Source: Acaryochloris marina S15
GTDB taxonomy: Bacteria > Cyanobacteriota > Cyanobacteriia > Thermosynechococcales > Thermosynechococcaceae
Assembly (NCBI RefSeq): GCF_018336915.1
Contig: NZ_CP064923.1
Location: forward strand, 5,130,001-5,162,000
Direction of reading: 5' to 3'
DNA length: 32,000 nt
Under the pieces are notes generated by a model. It had not been told where the DNA came from, searched no databases, and saw nothing but the letters and a program-made list of their open reading frames with translations. Made by a program: the position numbers and the translations under genes. This document shows, in pieces, positions 26,592 through 32,000 of this stretch (its first letter is position 1; every line of letters starts with the position of its first letter).

Positions 26592-29500
26592 TTATGGACT
26601 AGGAGACGGATTTACTGGTGCCGGTGCAGGTGGAATACTCGTCGTCTTACCAGGGAAAAAACGACGATAGTAATCGCCGGGGTCAAACACCTGAGGTTCT
26701 GACTTCTGCACTTGAGCCTTGGGTAGAGCTTCAACCGGCTTTTTGACACTCTGGCTAGAACTAGAGACTTTGGACTGACTCGATGATGACGCAGAAGGAG
26801 TCGTTACATTAGGTCTCTGTGTCTTGGGCTGACTCGGCGAAACTTTTGAAGAAGTCTGGGCCGGGCTGGATGGCTTTTGGCTATTAGTCGGTGCTGGTAC
26901 AGCTTTCTTTTGATTAGCAGGAGGCTGAAACCACTGCCGTCTCTTTCCTTGAGTTCGAGAAGACTCCGCAGGCTTAGCTTGTTCAGATACTTTCTGGGTA
27001 GCAATATTGGGCTTGATTGTCGAAGACTGACTTGCCTTGGGCTGCGTTGGTTTCGGAGTTGCAGGAGTCGTTTTGAGTTCAGTCTTCTTGATTTGCTGCT
27101 GTTGTTGCTGCCACCTACTTCGTAGGGATGAAAAGACCGAATCGGCTTGCTTCTGCTGGCCTGATTGAGCTGCTGACTTGGGTTCAATAGGCTTTATAGG
27201 CTCCTTAGCTGTAGGTTGTGATGGCTTCTGAGGAGATTTAGCGGGTATGCGTTGAGAAACGGGCTTCTTCTGTTCGGTTTTCAGAGTTGCAGACGGCGTC
27301 GCCGGAGAGACCTTATTTTGGCTAGGAGGCTTAGGCGTAGCAGTAGTCGCACCCGTCGCTTTCTTGGGGGCAGTTTTTACCAGAATGGGGCTGGCCTGCT
27401 CTGCAGGAGACATCAGTTGTTTTTGCTGCTGCCATTTATCTCGCAAAGAAGAAAAGACTGAATCTGTTTGCTTCGATTTAGCTGGCTGATCTGTGGCTGG
27501 CTTAGGCTCAACAGGCTTAGCTTTTACGGTTTCCTTAGCAGTAGATTTCAATGATTTCTGGGCTGCGCTTTGAGAAGTGGGTTTCTTCTGTGTCGCTGGA
27601 GTTGAAAACGGCCTCGCAGGAACGACTTTATTTTGACTTGGAGATTGAGGCGCAGCAGTGGTCGTACTAGGTGCTTCTGGAGAAGCAGGTTTCACTGGTG
27701 CTGGTTTAGCCTCCTGTCCAGATGTCATCAGCTGCTTCTGCTGCTGCCATTTACCTCGCAAAGACGAAAAGACTGAATCTGCTTGCTTCGATTTAGCTGA
27801 CTGAGCTGATTTAGCTGCGGCTGGCTTGGACTCAACAGACTTAGCTTTTACAGGCTCCTTGGCTGTAGGCTTGGCAACCGACGATTTAGGTGTTGAACTT
27901 TGAGAAGTAGATTTCTTGGGTTCAGCCTTCACAGGTGAAGACGGTCTAGCAGGAGAGACCTTAGTCTGGCTAGGAGGCGTTGGCACAGCCCGTGTCGTAG
28001 ATGCTTTATTAGGAGCAGACTTGGCTGGAAGTTGAGCTTTCTCTTCAGGAGACATCAGCTGCTTCTGTTTCTGCCATCGATCGCGAAAAGTAGATAAAGC
28101 TGAAGGTTTGGACTTCTCCTTAAACTCCACAGAAGATTTGGCCGCCTCCTTCCGAGTCTGCTTATCAATACTTGGACTGGTCGTAGACTTGGCCTTTGTC
28201 GTTGTCTTAGCAGGGGCTGTTGCCTTTTCTGGTGTTGCGCTGGACTTAACTGAACTGGGAGGGGTGGCGGAGTTAGGTGAAGGACTCGATGGGCTAGGCT
28301 TCTGAACGGCTGGTGCTGCACTTTTTTGCAACTGCTGCAATCGGTCACGGAACCCAGAAAATACAGAAGTATTGGACTCTCCAGACTTTTGAACGGGAGC
28401 TTTGGGTTGTGGTTTCTCTGGACTGATAACTACAGGTTTTGGACTCGATTCAGCAGTCTTCGGTTTCACCGCAGAGGATTTAGGCTGTTGGGTAATTGGG
28501 AGCCGGGAGGAAGATGACTTTGATGGAGGGGCGACTTGTGGCTTAGCTGGTGCTTTTTGAGATGGAGGAGTGGTTGAGTTCTTAGCTTTGGTAGGTGTTC
28601 CTCGTTGATTCGTTGAGCGAGGACTAGGCTGCACTTTTTTAGGGGATGTAGTGGGCTGCTTACTGGATGGTGCACTAAGATTTGGAGTCGGCTTGGACTC
28701 TACAGGCTTAGGAGCTATTGGCTTAGGAGCTGTAGACTTAGGTGCTGGCTTGGACTCTTCTTTCTTAGGAGTTATAGAACTGGGTGCGGGCTTCGGCTCT
28801 GCTCCTTTGGCTGGTGATTTCTCCCCAATAGTTGATGTTGAGGGTTTAGCCGATTCCTGAGCAGGTCGCACCTGTTGCCAAAACTTGGTAAAGGTCGTTG
28901 TCAGCGTAGACTCTTCATCTTTCTGAGCAGATTTAAGTTGCTCAGATCGGTTCGGACGTACTTGTGACTTCTCTTTAACAGGTTCTGGAGCCGGAGCTTT
29001 CGCTGCTGGCGTCGGAGAGACTTTAGAGGTTTCTTGTCTGGGAACCGCAGTTTTAGCTGTTGACTTAGAAGAGGTGTCTACTTTCGACGATACGGATTTC
29101 TCTGAAGATTTTGGTGCGGTTTTCTTAATAACTGGAGACTTTTCAGCTGGCTTGGGTTGAGGCTGCTTTGGAACAGATGGAGGTGCAGCTTTCTGTTTCG
29201 GCTCTGGTGTTAAAGGCTTCTTCTCCGCTTTGGCGCCAGAGTCCCGTGGCTTCGTCAGAGCAGGTGCAGATTTACCAGGCTCTGTTTCTTTAGCTTTAAC
29301 CGGTGCATCTTCTTTAATAGGTATGCGGACAGAAGAAGGAGCCGAGGAACTTGCTTTTCCTTTAGTTTGATCGGCAGACTTCTGAACTTTCTGTGCTGGA
29401 GCAGTGGGTTTAGCGGGTTTATCAGGCTGCTTCTGAGTCTCTGGTGATTTTGTTTCTGCTGACTTCGTTGGAGCAACCGATTTCGCGGGAGTAGGCTTGG

Positions 29501-30566
29501 GTGCAGGTGCTGTCGTTACCTTAGGCTTTGGGGTAGCTGCAGGCTGTTTTAGCACTGGCGCTGGAACTGGCTCAGATTTGGGTGTTTCTGTCTTTGAAGG
29601 TTTAGCTGCTTTAGGCGCAGGGGTTAAGACTGGAGCAGGACTAGGCGCTGGCTTAACAGGAGGTTGAGGTCGTTTGTAGTTAGAATCAACAATCCCCCCT
29701 GCATCCAGCGCGGATAAATCACCTCTGATGATCTGGGAGAGGGTATCGTTACCGTTTTCTGTGAGCTCAACAATTCGAATGGTGTCATTAAAGGCATTCT
29801 CTATTTTGCGACCCTGCCGATCCATTAATTGCATCTGCACCCAGTTCTTACCAGGCTTTAGACCTTGAACATAAAAAGGTTGCCATTCATCAATATGAAA
29901 CTTAGAACCATTCACAGATATCTGAGCTTGCCAATTCCTTGAATTAGAGTCTTTTTCAAGCACGTTACTCAAGAAAAAATCAATCAGTACAGTATCTGTG
30001 CCAAAAACACCTTGGGGTTGCCCGTAAGTGAGCAACGGCTCATCGGTTGAAGGATTATTCTCTTCAGTCTTGGTAAACACATGAAAAGTCGTTTGGGCAA
30101 AGGCACTAGAATTTTTGAAGCTTTCAGACCAAGGGCGAGTGGCCACTGCCCGAATCGTATGAGTTCCCGGTGCTAAGTCTTTAAAAACTAAGGGCTGATT
30201 CAGGTCATAAACTTCTTGAGCAGGCTGATTATCTAGGAGAACATTGAGGTGAGGTCCCAGGTCTAGCTTTGCATCCTTAAATAGAGGTAAATCTTTAACA
30301 TCGAAACGGACCGAAACAGAATCATCTTTAAGCAGCTGATCAGCAGCAGGGCTGAGGATTTTCACCTGAGGCTGATACCGATCCATCTTGGATCGCAACT
30401 TTTGAATCGTTTCAGGCGGCGACACTTCAACAATATCGGTGACTTGTGAGAATTGGCGGGAAGGCGCTGACAAGACAGGGGGAGCAATAGATAAGCTGAG
30501 CCCCGCGATGAAACATATAAGCGTGAAACTACCCAGCCACCCGACTATTGTCTGCCGACATCGCAT
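26592..30566 (-). CDS. Signal-anchored protein: ~290-aa folded N-terminal domain followed by a ~1000-aa Lys/Pro/Ala/Ser/Thr/Gln-rich low-complexity region with periodic W-Q-rich motifs
   Basis: 1324-aa ORF. The N-terminus MRCRQTIVGWLGSFTLICFIAGLSLSIAPPVLSAPS looks like a signal peptide or anchor. A beta-rich domain follows (VKILSP...VRFDVKDL...HTIRAVATRPW...WVQMQLMDRQGRKI). The rest is PAKST-rich, with repeated SVFSSLR(D/G/S)(K/R)WQQQKQLM motifs. Confidence 0.8.
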   Translation of the reverse strand: MRCRQTIVGWLGSFTLICFIAGLSLSIAPPVLSAPSRQFSQVTDIVEVSPPETIQKLRSKMDRYQPQVKILSPAADQLLKDDSVSVRFDVKDLPLFKDAKLDLGPHLNVLLDNQPAQEVYDLNQPLVFKDLAPGTHTIRAVATRPWSESFKNSSAFAQTTFHVFTKTEENNPSTDEPLLTYGQPQGVFGTDTVLIDFFLSNVLEKDSNSRNWQAQISVNGSKFHIDEWQPFYVQGLKPGKNWVQMQLMDRQGRKIENAFNDTIRIVELTENGNDTLSQIIRGDLSALDAGGIVDSNYKRPQPPVKPAPSPAPVLTPAPKAAKPSKTETPKSEPVPAPVLKQPAATPKPKVTTAPAPKPTPAKSVAPTKSAETKSPETQKQPDKPAKPTAPAQKVQKSADQTKGKASSSAPSSVRIPIKEDAPVKAKETEPGKSAPALTKPRDSGAKAEKKPLTPEPKQKAAPPSVPKQPQPKPAEKSPVIKKTAPKSSEKSVSSKVDTSSKSTAKTAVPRQETSKVSPTPAAKAPAPEPVKEKSQVRPNRSEQLKSAQKDEESTLTTTFTKFWQQVRPAQESAKPSTSTIGEKSPAKGAEPKPAPSSITPKKEESKPAPKSTAPKPIAPKPVESKPTPNLSAPSSKQPTTSPKKVQPSPRSTNQRGTPTKAKNSTTPPSQKAPAKPQVAPPSKSSSSRLPITQQPKSSAVKPKTAESSPKPVVISPEKPQPKAPVQKSGESNTSVFSGFRDRLQQLQKSAAPAVQKPSPSSPSPNSATPPSSVKSSATPEKATAPAKTTTKAKSTTSPSIDKQTRKEAAKSSVEFKEKSKPSALSTFRDRWQKQKQLMSPEEKAQLPAKSAPNKASTTRAVPTPPSQTKVSPARPSSPVKAEPKKSTSQSSTPKSSVAKPTAKEPVKAKSVESKPAAAKSAQSAKSKQADSVFSSLRGKWQQQKQLMTSGQEAKPAPVKPASPEAPSTTTAAPQSPSQNKVVPARPFSTPATQKKPTSQSAAQKSLKSTAKETVKAKPVEPKPATDQPAKSKQTDSVFSSLRDKWQQQKQLMSPAEQASPILVKTAPKKATGATTATPKPPSQNKVSPATPSATLKTEQKKPVSQRIPAKSPQKPSQPTAKEPIKPIEPKSAAQSGQQKQADSVFSSLRSRWQQQQQQIKKTELKTTPATPKPTQPKASQSSTIKPNIATQKVSEQAKPAESSRTQGKRRQWFQPPANQKKAVPAPTNSQKPSSPAQTSSKVSPSQPKTQRPNVTTPSASSSSQSKVSSSSQSVKKPVEALPKAQVQKSEPQVFDPGDYYRRFFPGKTTSIPPAPAPVNPSPSP
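27090..28110 (-). repeat. Tandem coding repeats, period ~316-326 bp (about 105-109 aa), at least 3 full units plus degenerate copies out to ~28900
   Basis: Near-identical anchors sit at ~27092-27145, 27411-27467 (CATCAGTTGTTTTTGCTGCTGCCATTTATCTCGCAAAGAAGAAAAGACTGAATC), 27727-27783 (CATCAGCTGCTTCTGCTGCTGCCATTTACCTCGCAAAGACGAAAAGACTGAATC) and 28053-28105. The spacers between them are similar but diverged. Confidence 0.8.
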
Positions 30567-31301
30567 ACTAAATACCTAGAAATACTTATTTATAGTGATT
30601 GTGAAAATCTTTCTCTAGGGGAACTATACCGGAAAAGCCTCGCACTAATTGATGAAATGTGAAGCTTGCCCCCCGTCAACAACCCATAAGAATCTACAAA
30701 TAGAAACATAAGAATTTCTTATAAATAACACGCATTAACCTCTAAAGATAGATATCTTTTGGGTCCATGTATCGACTTCTTTCAATGGCGTGTTTCAAGT
30801 CGCAAAAAACCGACAAAAGACTTGAAAACAAAGGAATTCAGAATTCATAGAGCGATTCACCACTACCTTTAAATCAGTGATTTAACAGCAGAAAAAGGCA
30901 AAAGAGTAAATTTTTATCACGCATTTTGAATATTTATAACCATATAAGTTTTTTTACTCATCTTTGATCGTGTGATTCCTACCCATCCTAGGCACCTTAA
31001 TTATTGTTAATTACCGGAAAAAGTCCTGTCAGCCTTCTATAATTCACAATTGAGAACTCCATTCCAGATGGCTTTCCACTGCTGCTTCAGCACTCTGTCA
31101 TTTAAAGAGATTTGTCTGTTGCTAGCGAAATGTAAACCTAAGGTGGCGGTTTTATTAAAAAGCTTTGAAGTCTTTATACTTAAAGCGATTTTGCTGATTT
31201 ATATGTATTTTTTGCATAGCATCAGCGCCATTCTCTAGGAATGACACTGCTATCTGGTGAGGATGCTCATTCCTTGCTTGTCCAAAGAGAGGAGAGTCTC
31301 A

Positions 31302-32000
31302 ATGACAAATAGCCCAGGTGGGCCAGAGACGAAAGGCAGAACAGCTGAAGTTGACATCAACCCCGTCAAAGCTTCTTTAGAAGTCGCGGGTAAACCAGGT
31401 CACTTTAACAAGAGTCTGTCGAAGGGTCCCCAAACCACAACTTGGATTTGGAACCTTCACGCTCTAGCTCATGACTTCGATACACAAACTAACGACCTGG
31501 AAGAAATTTCCCGCAAAATCTTTAGTGCCCATTTCGGACACTTAGCAATTGTTTTTGTGTGGATCAGCGGGATGATCTTCCACGCTGCTCGTTTTTCTAA
31601 CTACTACGCTTGGTTAGCCGATCCACTTGGCAACAAACCCAGTGCTCACGTAGTTTGGCCCATTGTTGGTCAAGATATTTTAAATGCAGATGTAGGTAAT
31701 GGATTCCACGGAATCCAGATTACCTCTGGCCTTTTCCATATATTGCGTGGAGCTGGAATGACAGCTCCCATCGAACTTTACTCCACCTCTATTGGTGCCT
31801 TGGTAGCAGCTGCAGTAACCATGTATGCCGGTTACTTCCACTACCACAAGAAGGCTCCAAAGTTGGAGTGGTTCCAAAATGCTGAAGCAACCATTGGTGG
31901 TCACCTCATCAATTTGCTCGGCTTAGGTAACTTAGCTTGGACCGGTCACCTGATCCACGTTGCTTTGCCTATCAACAAAATGTTGGATTCTGGCATGGCG
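31302..32000 (+). CDS. psaA: Photosystem I P700 apoprotein A1 (PsaA), N-terminal 233 codons; continues beyond window end
   Basis: Not in the ORF track because it is edge-truncated. The ATG at 31302 is preceded by AGAGAGGAGAG. The translation contains [103 protein letters not shown], and [25 protein letters not shown]. Confidence 0.93.
   Translation, partial: MTNSPGGPETKGRTAEVDINPVKASLEVAGKPGHFNKSLSKGPQTTTWIWNLHALAHDFDTQTNDLEEISRKIFSAHFGHLAIVFVWISGMIFHAARFSNYYAWLADPLGNKPSAHVVWPIVGQDILNADVGNGFHGIQITSGLFHILRGAGMTAPIELYSTSIGALVAAAVTMYAGYFHYHKKAPKLEWFQNAEATIGGHLINLLGLGNLAWTGHLIHVALPINKMLDSGMA

Noticed and set aside
27090-28900. Regularly spaced repeats considered as a possible CRISPR array
   Set aside because: The period is ~316-326 bp, the repeats are imperfect and ~55 bp long, the spacers are homologous to each other, and everything lies in one long ORF. 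These are coding tandem repeats, not CRISPR.
26804-29476. Multiple 60-127-aa ORFs on both strands inside the 1324-aa gene
   Set aside because: The low-complexity, stop-poor repeat sequence keeps alternative frames open. The long frame, with its signal anchor and folded N-terminal domain, is the credible one.
31050-31904. 62-aa plus-strand ORF upstream of psaA and 74-aa minus-strand ORF inside psaA
   Set aside because: The first is an AT-rich leader sequence with no support. The second is antisense to the psaA reading frame.

Overview
This looks like a cyanobacterial chromosomal segment. I found at least 12 copies of the HIP1 palindrome GCGATCGC, mostly read in-frame as Ala-Ile-Ala, alongside ftsH, dnaK and psaA. 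Housekeeping genes are ftsH (5' part, runs off the left edge), a DHH/DHHA1 phosphoesterase, an HNH endonuclease, dnaK, thiD, an alpha/beta hydrolase, a PPOX-type flavoprotein, a GNAT acetyltransferase, a DUF218/YdcF protein, and the 5' end of a noticeably divergent psaA (runs off the right edge). These are interleaved with accessory material. (1) A complete 1142-bp IS630-family element with TA duplication has its transposase split at an A7 run. (2) A DUF4157 (HExxH) polymorphic-toxin-like protein with an unrecognised C-terminal domain is followed by an O-methyltransferase and a small unknown ORF. (3) An AT-rich island carries a DUF1350-like gene cleanly interrupted by a 1486-bp ISKra4-like IS (perfect 9-bp target duplication; transposase carries an in-frame TGA), plus an unknown 201-aa ORF. 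(4) A second AT-rich island encodes a 735-aa solenoid-repeat membrane protein. (5) A divergent locus pairs a two-gene operon (unknown 290-aa protein plus a small R2K-like ATP-grasp enzyme) with a 1349-aa protein built from tandem cyclase domains, a P-loop NTPase and TPR-like repeats (soluble-adenylyl-cyclase-like architecture). (6) A 1324-aa signal-anchored, Lys/Pro/Ala/Ser/Thr-rich protein has ~316-326-bp internal DNA repeats. I saw no rRNA, tRNA or CRISPR array. All family assignments come from motif recognition by eye and from memory, not from database searches.
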